From: Candidatus Aminicenantes bacterium
GTDB lineage: Bacteria; Acidobacteriota; Aminicenantia; Aminicenantales; JAFGBC01
Assembly: GCA_963702005.1 (NCBI GenBank)
Contig: OY969696.1
Span: 3,584,001-3,648,000 of the forward strand
Reading direction: 5' to 3'
Length of the DNA: 64,000 nucleotides
The notes beneath the pieces are model-generated. The model was not told the origin of the DNA, made no database searches, and saw nothing but the letters and a program-made list of their open reading frames with translations. The position numbers and the translations under genes are program-made. Within the stretch, counting starts at the first letter, position 1. Each line of letters opens with the position of its first letter. Shown here in pieces: positions 10,265-19,783 of the stretch.

Positions 10265-11244
10265 GAGTCCTCGTCGCCGGCGGCGCCGGATTCATCGGAT
10301 CCCATACCGTGAGGGAGCTCTTGGAGCGCGGCGTCGAGGTCACGATCTTCGACGACTTTTCGACCGGGCGGCGCGAGCTCGTCCCCGGCGGCAAGGCCGT
10401 CGCCGTCGTCAAGGGCGACCTCATGGACAGGGAGGCGGTCCGGGCCGCCTTCCGAAAGCGCCGCTTCGACGCCGTCCTCCACTTCGCCTCCCTGATCCAG
10501 GTCGGGGAAAGCTACAAGGACCCGGCCAAATACTACACCCACAACCTCGACACGAGTCTCAACCTCCTTGACGCCATGCGCGAGTCGGGCGTCGGGAATT
10601 TCATCTTTTCGTCGAGCGCGGCCGTCTACGGCGTCCCCGAAACGATCCCCATTCCCGAGGACCATCCCCTGAAGCCGATCAATCCCTACGGCCGGACCAA
10701 GTTGTTCGTGGAGCGCATCCTCGAGGATTACGGGCGGGCCTACGGGCTCCGTTACGTTTCGCTCCGCTATTTCAACGCGGCCGGCGCGGACCCCGAGGGC
10801 CGGCTTGGCGAGATGCACGACCCGGAGACTCACCTCATCCCCAACATTTTCCTTCATTTATTGGGGAGGGCGCCGGCCCTCGAGGTTTTCGGGACGGACT
10901 TCCCGACGCCGGACGGAACGGCCGTCCGCGACTACATCCACGTCACGGACCTGGCTGTCGCCCACGTCCTCGCCCTCGAAAAGCTCATGGCGGGCGGCAA
11001 GAGCCTCGTCCTCAACCTGGGGACGAACCGGGGTTACTCGGTCCTCGAGGTCGTCCGCAAAGCCGAGGAGGTCACCGGCCGCAAGGTCTCGATCGAGAAG
11101 CGGCCGCGCCGCGAGGGGGATGTCGCGGTCCTGCTGGCATCGAAAGAGAAAGCCGAGCGCCTGCTGGGCTGGACGCTCAGGCTCTCGGACATTGAGACGA
11201 TCATCCGGACCGCCTGGCGCTGGCATCAAAAACAAAGGACCTGA
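10261..11244 (+). CDS. galE: UDP-glucose 4-epimerase
   Basis: GGAGFIGSH, YGRTK, LRYFNAAGA and DGTAVRDYIHV motifs. Confidence 0.95.
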   Translation: MRVLVAGGAGFIGSHTVRELLERGVEVTIFDDFSTGRRELVPGGKAVAVVKGDLMDREAVRAAFRKRRFDAVLHFASLIQVGESYKDPAKYYTHNLDTSLNLLDAMRESGVGNFIFSSSAAVYGVPETIPIPEDHPLKPINPYGRTKLFVERILEDYGRAYGLRYVSLRYFNAAGADPEGRLGEMHDPETHLIPNIFLHLLGRAPALEVFGTDFPTPDGTAVRDYIHVTDLAVAHVLALEKLMAGGKSLVLNLGTNRGYSVLEVVRKAEEVTGRKVSIEKRPRREGDVAVLLASKEKAERLLGWTLRLSDIETIIRTAWRWHQKQRT

Positions 11245-11274
11245 GTCGCTTCTAAGGATAATAAGGAGGTCAGC

Positions 11275-12210
11275 ATGAATCGCGGAATGAGACGCAGGGA
11301 TTTTTTGAAGACCGGTGCGGCGGCCGGGGCGGCCGCGCTCGTCGGCGGCTTCGCCGGGGCCCGCGGGGTGACGGGCCAGCCGAGCGCGCCGCCGGACCTG
11401 GCGGTCGTCAAGGGCGCGGATTATTTCGCCGCGACGCGTAAAGCCATCGATACCCTGGGCGGAATGAAGAAGTTCGTAACGCCCGGGGCCAAGGTCGGGC
11501 TTCTCATCAACGCCCCGCTCTGGTGGCGTCTGCCGGGGAGCCACACGAACGCCGACGTCGTCCTGGCCGCGCTCCTCGCCTGCCAGGAGGCAGGGGCCGG
11601 CTCCATTCAATACCTGACCGACCCCGCGCCCGACTTCTGGACCAAGACACCCCTTTCGGCGAAATACGCCGCCGAGATCGCCTCGGTCAAGAAATGCTCG
11701 AAAAACTTCATCGAAGTCCCCGTTCCCAAAGGGACGGTCCTCAAAAAGGCCAAGGTCGTGAAAGAGCTCCTGGACTGCGACGTTTTCATCGACCTCCCCA
11801 TCATCAAGAACCACGAGGGTGTCTCCATGTCCGGGAACCTCAAGAACATGATGGGGGCCAACACGGGCGACACCAATCAGTTCTTTCACACCGGGTCCGG
11901 AACCAAGGGATCGTACGGCGACATCCCCTTCATCTCCCAGTGCATCGCCGACCTCAACACGCTGCGCCGGCCGGTCCTGTGCATCGCGGACGCGACCGTT
12001 TTCCTGATGACAAACGGCCCCCAGGGACCGGGCGAGCTGCGAAAGGCGGATAAGGTCATCGCCGGGACCGATCGGGTCGCGGCGGACGCCTACGGCGCTG
12101 GCTGCCTAGACCTCAAATCCGCCGACGTCCCGATGATCAGGAAAGCCGCCGAGCTTGGTCTGGGCCGCTTGGACTTGGACAAGCTCGCCGTCAAGGAGAT
12201 CGCGCTCTAA
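11275..12210 (+). CDS. Tat-exported DUF362 domain protein
   Basis: RRDFLK twin-arginine signal; DLPIIKNH, LKNMMG and NGPQGPG motifs. Confidence 0.82.
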   Translation: MNRGMRRRDFLKTGAAAGAAALVGGFAGARGVTGQPSAPPDLAVVKGADYFAATRKAIDTLGGMKKFVTPGAKVGLLINAPLWWRLPGSHTNADVVLAALLACQEAGAGSIQYLTDPAPDFWTKTPLSAKYAAEIASVKKCSKNFIEVPVPKGTVLKKAKVVKELLDCDVFIDLPIIKNHEGVSMSGNLKNMMGANTGDTNQFFHTGSGTKGSYGDIPFISQCIADLNTLRRPVLCIADATVFLMTNGPQGPGELRKADKVIAGTDRVAADAYGAGCLDLKSADVPMIRKAAELGLGRLDLDKLAVKEIAL

Positions 12211-12216
12211 ATCGGG

Positions 12217-12246
12217 TTGACATCCCCCGAACCGCCGGCATATATT
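12217..12246 (+). promoter_or_regulatory. Sigma70-type promoter of beta-propeller gene 1
   Basis: TTGACA (12217-12222), 18-nt spacer, TATATT (12241-12246). Confidence 0.6.
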
Positions 12247-12270
12247 GAGGTCGGCCAAAAGGAAATCACG

Positions 12271-14262
12271 ATGAAAAAGGGGTATCCGTCCGTCCGCAAA
12301 ATCGCGTTTTCGGCTTGTGCCGTCCTGATCGCGCTCGCTCTTCTGAGCCCGAATTTTGCTCCCGGCGGCGGACCGCTCGCGCCGCCCGCGGAATCGAGGA
12401 CGGTCATCGGGCCTTACGGCGGGGACATCCGGGGCTTAGCCGCCAACCCAACCAAGCCCAAAGAAGTTTATGCCGTTTCCTACTACCAAGGCCAAGTCTT
12501 CAAATCCTCTGATTCGGGGGCGTCCTGGAAGAATCTGGCCGCTTTCGATTGCGAGCTCTACGATATCGCCCTGGCTCCCTCCGATCCCAACCGTCTCTAC
12601 GTGCTCGGGCAGGAGGGCGTATCGGTTTCCGAGGACGCGGGCGCGACCTGGACGGCTCGGGCGTTCGGGACCCGCTGCTACAGCAAAGCCTCTTTGGCCG
12701 TCGACCCCAAGGATCCGGACACGATCTATGTCGCGGGCTTTTTCCAGACGGATCCGAACCGCTACTGGATCACCTCCGCGGCATTCTTCATCTCCCGGAA
12801 CGCCGGGAAGACCTGGACGACGACGAAGCTGACGCCTTCGGGCAGCTGGGGTTCGTTATCCTGCTTCGACGTGTCCCGGGATCACCCGGACGTCTTCTAT
12901 GTCGCCGGCGATTGGTGGGATACAAAGTATAAACACCATTATATCGTCTTCCGGAGCGGCAACCGCGGCAAGAGCTGGAAAAACATCTCGCCGCCTTCTC
13001 TCAATAAAATTCCGACCGCGCTGGCGGCTGATCGCGGCGATCCCGGCCGCCTTTTCCTGACCGCCGACAGGTACGTCTTGAGAAGCTCGAACGGCGGAGC
13101 GACCTGGACGTCGACGGATCTTAAAGAACCGCTGTCGGCTGTCGCCATCGATCCCGCCCATCCCTCCCTCGTCTACGCCGGGGGGAGCTCGCTGGGTTTC
13201 CGAAGCCCGGACGGCGGCCTCAATTGGACCCGGTTCACGGGGATCGGGGGAACGGTCAAGGATTTCCTGTTCGGCACCGGCCGGGTCCTGGCGGGGACTT
13301 CGGCGGGCGTCTTCAAGAGCGCCAACAACGGGCAATCCTGGAGCGCCAGCCACCAGAACCTCTGCGCCATGAATGTCGAGACCGTGCCGGTTTCGCCCTC
13401 TTCCCCCCAGGTCGTCTACGCGGCCCTGCCCGGGATCGGGCTGTCCCGGTCGGCAAACGGCGGGAAGTCCTGGGCCAGGCAGGGAACGTCTACGATCTGC
13501 GGCGGTATCGTCGACCTCGCCGTGCGCCCAGACAATCCGGATTGGTTCATCGCCTCCGTCATGGGCTGAGGCAACTCGGGCGTCTACAGGTCTGTAGACG
13601 GCGGTAAAAAAATGACTCGAGTGGCTGTCCTCTTCGCCTACGATCTGGCCTTCAGCGCGACCTCGCCCCAGGTCATTTTCGGGACCGGCTTCTCCAACGG
13701 GATCTCGTTCTTCATGTCCACGGACGGAGGGACCACCTGGGCGACGCGTTCGGTCGGAGTGCCGGGCGAGGGCCACACCCTGGCCCTGGATCCCCGGGAC
13801 GAGAATATCATCTATATCGGCGGACGGCACAGGCTCAATACCTCTACATTAACGTATGAGACGATCGTCTCCAAGAGCCTGAACGCCGGCCAAAAGTGGA
13901 CCCACATCACGGGGAAGGTCGGCGGAACGATCATTCGCGCGCTCGCGATCGATCCCGGGACGCCGAACCGGATCTTGGCCGGCTCCGACGCCGGTATTTA
14001 TCGGAGCGAGGACGGCGGGGCGAATTGGACGCAGGCTCTGTCCGCAGATATCTACTGCATGAAAATCATAGCCTCGACGCCCAAGGCGGCCTACGCCGGG
14101 GGGCCGGCCGGGCTTTACATCAGCCTGGATGCCGGCAAGACCTGGACGGAATCCGTCGAAGGGATGACGGTCAAATACGTCCAGTGTCTTGACGCGGACA
14201 AAGCCCAAAAGACGATTTATGTTGGAACTTACGGAGGGAGTATCCTTAAGATCCGGCGCTGA
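12271..14262 (+). CDS. Secreted Asp-box/BNR beta-propeller protein 1 (663 aa) with in-frame UGA at codon 433, candidate selenoprotein
   Basis: Track ORFs 12217..13569 and 13612..14262 share a frame and are separated by one TGA (13567-13569). Read-through gives ASVMG-U-GNSGVYRSVDGGKK, continuing an Asp-box. A SECIS-like hairpin follows. Confidence 0.8.
13567..13602 (+). promoter_or_regulatory. UGA plus SECIS-like hairpin
   Basis: TGA-N11-CGTCTACAG-GT-CTGTAGACG with perfect 9-nt arms. Contains CAGGTCTG, as in the E. coli fdhF SECIS apical region. Confidence 0.78.
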
Positions 14263-14305
14263 TGATTCAAGGTCCCGGCTAAAGTCCCCGTTTGGCTCCG
14301 GCCCG

Positions 14306-14335
14306 TTGACAATATGCGGCAATCTTTGTTAAAGT
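14306..14335 (+). promoter_or_regulatory. Sigma70-type promoter of beta-propeller gene 2
   Basis: TTGACA (14306-14311) and extended -10 TGnTAAAGT. Confidence 0.55.
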
Positions 14336-14377
14336 TCGTAGCAGTTCACAGGTTCCCATGAAACGGGGGATTCTTCC

Positions 14378-16360
14378 ATGAATAAAAAGATGTTTTTACT
14401 TTGCGGCGTCTGGGCCTGCCTCGGTTTCATCGGACTGGGCGCGGTTTCCGACGACCCGCCTTTCTCTCCGCCCGCGGAATCGAGGACGGTCATCGGCCCT
14501 TACGGCGGGGATATCCGGGGCTTGGACGCCAACCCGGCCAACCCTAAGGAAATCTACGCCGTCTCCTACAACAGGGGGCAGGTCTTCCGTTCCACGAATT
14601 CCGGCGAAACCTGGACAAGCATCGCCGCCTTTGATTACGAGCTCTTCGATGTCGCCGCGGCTCCCTCCAACCCGAACGTCATCTATGCCCTGGGCAAAGA
14701 GAGAATTTTCAAGTCCAGCGACAAAGGGGCGACCTGGAAGGAGTACGAGTTCGGCACGCGGAGGTACGCCACAGGGCATATCATCATCCATGCCAAGGAC
14801 CCAAACGAGGTCTACGTCGCCGGCTACTTCCAGACGGACCCAAATCGAGGGGAGGCCACCTGCCCGGCCTTCCTTAAATCCCAAACCGGCGGGAAAACCT
14901 GGACGGTGACGAAAGTCAGCACGAATTCCCTCTCCGGCTCAATGACCTGCCTCGCCCTGTCCAAGAAGCATCCCGCCGTTTTCTATGCCGGCACGACATG
15001 GCGGAATGCCTTCTATAAATACTATTATGGGTTTTGTCGGAGCGACGACGGCGGCCAGAGCTGGAAGGACATCTCGCCCGCCCTGGACGGCGCCGCGTGT
15101 GATGCGGCGGTCGATCCCGACGATCCCACCCGCGTCTTCCTGGCCGCTAGTACGACCATCTGGCGCAGTGAGAACGGCGGATCGAGCTGGGCGACGACAA
15201 AACTCCAGCCTTTAACGGCTTTGGGCATGAATCCCGCCCTCCCCCAAGTCCTCTATGCCGGAGGCTCCGGGCTGATCTACAGGAGCCTGGACGGAGGGCT
15301 CCACTGGACCCAGCCCCAGGCGTGCGGCGGTTCGGCCCAGGACTTTCTGTTCGGGTCCAGCCGGGTCCTAGCGGCTACTTCAAACGGCATTTTTAGGAGC
15401 GACAACAGCGGATCATCCTGGAAGGCCAGCCATCAGGGCTTGAGCGCCATGAACATCACGACCCTGGCCGCCGCCCCTTCCTCCTCCCAGGTCCTCTACA
15501 CAGCCGTCAGCGGCTGCGGATTGTACAGATCCGGCAACGGAGGAAAAACCTGGTTGAGGACGGGGACGGGGTCGCCCTGCGATAATATTATAAGTCTCGC
15601 CGTGTGCCCGGAAAATCCCGATTGGCTCTTCGCGACCGCCTCCGGTTGAAGCAATTATGGCGTCTACAGTTCTGTAGACGGCGGAAAGAAGATGCAGCGT
15701 CTGTCGAGTATTCTCGTCTATGCCCTGACCATCAGCCCAAAATCATCTCAAGTCATTTACGGACTGGGCTATGGGATTAAATTCTATAAGAGCTCGGACG
15801 GAGGGAAGTCCTGGGTAACCCGCGTTCTCGGAAACCAGACGTACCAAAACGCCTTGGCTCTTGATCCCGAGAATGAAAACATCATCTATATTGGCGGTTT
15901 CCACTGGACAGCATCCCTTGCGGCGCGACGAAAGGGGCGCGACCGATCCGGGTGGACGGCGGTTGTCTTTAAGAGCACGAATGGCGGACAGGCCTGGAGC
16001 GGAATCACCGGGAAGATCAAAGGGACCCGGCTTTATGCGCTCGCGGTCGATCCCAAGACGCCGTCCCGGGTTTTCGCCGGAACCGATCTCGGCCTCTACA
16101 GAAGCGAAAACTCCGGCGCGAGTTGGACCGAAGTCCTCAAGGCCGATATCAATAGCGTGAAGGTCATTTCCTCCAATCCGAAAGCCGTCTACGCCGGCGG
16201 CCCTTCGGGCCTTTATCTCAGCCTGGACAGCGGCAAGACCTGGACGAAATCCGTCGAAGGGATGACGTCCAAATACGTCCAGTGTCTTGACGCGGACAAG
16301 GCCCAGAAGACGATTTACGTTGGAACTTACGGAGGGAGTATCCTCAAGATCCGGCGCTGA
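14378..16360 (+). CDS. Secreted Asp-box/BNR beta-propeller protein 2 (660 aa) with in-frame UGA at codon 424, candidate selenoprotein
   Basis: Track ORFs 14378..15649 and 15692..16360 share a frame and are separated by one TGA (15647-15649). Read-through gives ATASG-U-SNYGVYSSVDGGKK. Paralog of the upstream gene. Confidence 0.8.
15647..15682 (+). promoter_or_regulatory. UGA plus SECIS-like hairpin
   Basis: TGA-N11-CGTCTACAG-TT-CTGTAGACG, with the same stem and spacing as in the paralog. Confidence 0.75.
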
Positions 16361-16441
16361 CGATTTCCCGTCTTCCTATTGTCGAAACGGAACAAGGATG
16401 GCATAATACCCCTCCGGTTCATTTTGCCGAGAGAGAAAGGC

Positions 16442-18256
16442 ATGCGAAAGAACTATCTCCGTATCTTCCTGCCGATGATCCTTCTTGTTCTGGCCTTCCT
16501 CGGGAGCTGTTCTCATAAGAAAGGCGCCGTAAAGACCGAGCCCAATTGGAAGCCGACTCAAGCCCAAAAAGCCGAGGACGCGGCCAAAAAACAAGCCCAG
16601 CCCGGCGCGCCCGCCGTCGAGCCTCGAACCCAGGCTCCGGCGATCGCGACGCCGCCCCCCGTCGCCGAGGAACCCGCTCCCCAAGCCAAGGAGTCCGAGG
16701 AGCCCGAGAAGGACGCCTCCGCGCTCCTCGAAGACGCCCTGAGCACCTTCCAGGACGCCCAGGCGGCTTGGGAGAGGGGCGAGTCCGACCAGGCCCTATC
16801 CCTCCTCGACGAAACTTACGGCCTCATTCTCAAGGCCAAGGTCCCGGCCGATTCTCCGCTCGTCCAGGACAAGAACGACCTCAGGCGGCTGGTCGCTCAA
16901 AAAATCCAGCAAATTTACGCCTCCAAGCCGGCCTCGGTCGGCGACAACCACCGGACGATTCCGCTCGACGAAAACAAGTACGTCCTTCAGGAGATTCAAT
17001 CCTTCCAGACACGGGAGCGGAAGCCGTTCGAGGACGCCTTTCGGGTGAGCGGCCTCTTCCGGCCCATGATCCTCGAGGAGCTCCGCAAGGAGGGCATGCC
17101 CGAGGAGCTCTCCTGGCTGCCCATGATCGAAAGCTGGTTCAAGATCCGGGCCCTGTCGCGGGCCCGGGCCCTCGGGCTGTGGCAGTTCATCCACTCGACC
17201 GGATACCGGTTCGGCCTCAAGCAGGACCGCTGGGTCGACGAGCGGATGGACCCGCTCAAAGCGACCCGGGCCGCCGTCAAGTACCTCGGCGAGCTCCATT
17301 CCTATTTCGGCGACTGGACGACGGCCCTGGCCGCCTATAACTGCGGCGAGATCCGCGTCCAAAGCGTCATCCGGGCCCAGCGGATCGACTACCTCGACAA
17401 CTTCTGGGACCTCTACCTCCAGCTGCCGCTCGAGACGGCCCGCTTCGTGCCGCGGTTGATCGCTTGCCTCCTCATCATCAACGACCCCGCCAAGTACGGG
17501 TTCAACCTTCCGCCGCCCGATCCGGCCCTCCGCTACGATACGGTCACCATCCGCCAGGCCGTCAAGCTCTCCTCCCTCGCCCAGGACCTGGGGCTCGAGC
17601 CGTCCACCCTCGCCTTCTACAATCCCGAGCTCCGCTTCGACGGTACGCCCGAGTACGATTACGACATCAAGGTCCCGCCCGGATACGGCGAAAAGGTCTC
17701 GGCCGCCGTCCGAGCGCTCCCCCGCTGGATCCCGCCCGAGGCGACCTTTTTCGTCCACTACGTCCGGAGCGGCGATACGGTGGGCTCGATCGCCCGAAAA
17801 TACCGGACGACGGTCGCGGCCATCGCCCGTCTCAACAACATGCGGCGGGTGGGCATGATCTGGCCCGGCCAACGCCTCAAGATTCCGGGCAGGGGCGTAC
17901 CGATCGAGGCCCCATCCGAAAGCGCCCCGGCGGCCAAACCCGGCGAGAAAACGACCTACGTTGTCCGAAGCGGGGACGCCCTCGACCAGCTGGCCCTCGT
18001 CTTCGCGACCACGGCCGGGCAAATCAAGGCCGACAACAGCCTCCAGGGCGACAGCCTGGCCGCCGGGCAGGCGCTCCTGATCGTCAATAACCGGAGCAAA
18101 GGGCCCCTCCGCCACACGGTCGTCGGAGGAGAAACCCTTTTCTCCATCTCGAAGCTCTACGGAATGGACCTCGACGAGTTTTTAAGCATCAACAAACTCA
18201 GCCCGGATTCCATCATCTACGCCGGCCAAGAACTCTGGGTCACGCCGACGAAGTAG
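16442..18256 (+). CDS. mltD: Membrane-bound lytic murein transglycosylase with LysM repeats (MltD-like lipoprotein)
   Basis: Lipobox LGSC; PMIES, GLWQF and ALAAYNCGE motifs; three LysM repeats. Confidence 0.85.
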   Translation: MRKNYLRIFLPMILLVLAFLGSCSHKKGAVKTEPNWKPTQAQKAEDAAKKQAQPGAPAVEPRTQAPAIATPPPVAEEPAPQAKESEEPEKDASALLEDALSTFQDAQAAWERGESDQALSLLDETYGLILKAKVPADSPLVQDKNDLRRLVAQKIQQIYASKPASVGDNHRTIPLDENKYVLQEIQSFQTRERKPFEDAFRVSGLFRPMILEELRKEGMPEELSWLPMIESWFKIRALSRARALGLWQFIHSTGYRFGLKQDRWVDERMDPLKATRAAVKYLGELHSYFGDWTTALAAYNCGEIRVQSVIRAQRIDYLDNFWDLYLQLPLETARFVPRLIACLLIINDPAKYGFNLPPPDPALRYDTVTIRQAVKLSSLAQDLGLEPSTLAFYNPELRFDGTPEYDYDIKVPPGYGEKVSAAVRALPRWIPPEATFFVHYVRSGDTVGSIARKYRTTVAAIARLNNMRRVGMIWPGQRLKIPGRGVPIEAPSESAPAAKPGEKTTYVVRSGDALDQLALVFATTAGQIKADNSLQGDSLAAGQALLIVNNRSKGPLRHTVVGGETLFSISKLYGMDLDEFLSINKLSPDSIIYAGQELWVTPTK

Positions 18257-18265
18257 GCGCCCCTC

Positions 18266-19783
18266 GTGGACGTTTATCTCATCAACGTCCGCTCCCCTCG
18301 GGCCGAGGCCGAGCAAACCTCGGCGGTCATGTTCCAGAAGGTCCTGGGCCGGCGCCTTTCGCCCTCCGAGCCTTTGGGTCTGGCCGTACTAGCGGCCTGC
18401 ACGCCGGCGGGGATTCATCTTCGCGCCGTGGACGAGAACGTCGCCGACGTGGACCTGGAAGCCAGGCCCGACCTAGTCGGCCTTTCCTTCCATACGCCCT
18501 GCGCGCCCCGAGCCTATGAGCTGGCGGCTCACTTCCGGTCGCGTTCGATCCCCGTCGTCATGGGCGGCCCCCATGTCTCGCTGCTCCCCGACGAAGCGCG
18601 GCTCCATGCCGACCACATCGTCACCGGCGAAGCCGAACGGGCTTGGCCGGCGTTCCTGAACGATTTTCGATCCGGACGGGCGAAGCCGTCCTATGCCGGA
18701 AGCCCGTGTCCCGGTGAATCCATGCCGTTGGCCCGCTGGGACATTTATCCGCGGGACGCCTACCTCGCCCGCACGCTCCAAGCCAGCCGCGGCTGTCCCA
18801 ACAACTGCGACTTCTGCGCCAACATCAGGTTGAGCGACCGCCGGCTCCGCCTCCGCCCTCCGGACAATGTCATCCGCGAGATGTCGACGCGGCTGGAAAG
18901 TCCAGGCCGCAGGATTTTCTTCATCGTCGACAACGATCTCTTCGCCGACACCGACTGGAGTATGGCTCTGGTCGATCGGATCAAGGACCTCGGGGTCGAC
19001 TGGTGGGGATTCGCCTCGGTCAAGGCGGGCTCCCATCCGGAGCTGCTCAAGCGCATGGCCCAAAGCGGCTGCCGCTATCTCATCGTGGGCTTCGAGTCCC
19101 TGAGCGAGGACAGCCTCAAGGCCGTCCACAAGCCCGGCAACCTTCCCGACCTCTACACCCGTACAGTCCGGACCATCCAAGACCGGGGGATCGCGGTCCA
19201 TGCCTCGTTCGTCCTCGGCCTGGACGGGGACGGGCCCGATATTTTCGAACGGACGGCCCGCTTCGCGGAAAGCCAGGGCATCCTCATCGCCAACATCAAC
19301 GTCGCGACGCCCTACCCGGGGACGGAACTCCACCGGCGGCTGGACCGGCAGGGCCGCCTCCTCCATCGCAACTGGGAACTCTATGACCGGACCCACGTCT
19401 GCTTCAAGCCGGCCAAGATGTCGGTCGAGGAGCTGGCCGAAGGCTACCGGGCGCTCTCGATCGCCATCAACGGCCGGTCTCCATCCTGGAGGCGGCTCCG
19501 CTCCTTCCTGGCCTCCGCGCCGGCCGATCCGCCGATCCGTTCTATGACGGCATCGGGCGGGCCGAAGCTCAAAACGCTCCGCCGCGTCCCGCGCTTCCTC
19601 CGCCGCACGAGTCCGGCCGATTGGGCCTTCTATATCCGGCTGCTGACCGCTCGGCGCCTCGGACCGCCGTCAAGACGCCTCTTCTACGCCACGGCCGGAT
19701 ATTTGATGAAGAGGGATTTCGTCCGGTATCTCAAAGGACGAACTGAGCCCGGCGGGTCAAGACCGAATACCCCGCAGGGCTAA
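18266..19783 (+). CDS. B12-binding radical SAM protein
   Basis: VVMGGPH, GEAE, SRGCPNNCDFC and TPYPGT motifs. Confidence 0.88.
   Translation: MDVYLINVRSPRAEAEQTSAVMFQKVLGRRLSPSEPLGLAVLAACTPAGIHLRAVDENVADVDLEARPDLVGLSFHTPCAPRAYELAAHFRSRSIPVVMGGPHVSLLPDEARLHADHIVTGEAERAWPAFLNDFRSGRAKPSYAGSPCPGESMPLARWDIYPRDAYLARTLQASRGCPNNCDFCANIRLSDRRLRLRPPDNVIREMSTRLESPGRRIFFIVDNDLFADTDWSMALVDRIKDLGVDWWGFASVKAGSHPELLKRMAQSGCRYLIVGFESLSEDSLKAVHKPGNLPDLYTRTVRTIQDRGIAVHASFVLGLDGDGPDIFERTARFAESQGILIANINVATPYPGTELHRRLDRQGRLLHRNWELYDRTHVCFKPAKMSVEELAEGYRALSIAINGRSPSWRRLRSFLASAPADPPIRSMTASGGPKLKTLRRVPRFLRRTSPADWAFYIRLLTARRLGPPSRRLFYATAGYLMKRDFVRYLKGRTEPGGSRPNTPQG

Noticed and set aside
13567-15649. Genome-wide UGA reassignment (code 4/25) as the explanation of the in-frame TGAs
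   Set aside because: Many genes here end cleanly in TGA, including both propeller genes and several ATGA overlaps, so UGA is a normal stop. The read-through must be site-specific.
13570-15691. Two separate two-gene units or shared pseudogenisation
   Set aside because: The 42-nt gaps encode an in-frame Asp-box, the downstream ATGs lack signal peptides, and no other lesions accumulated despite strong divergence. Disfavoured, but not formally excluded.
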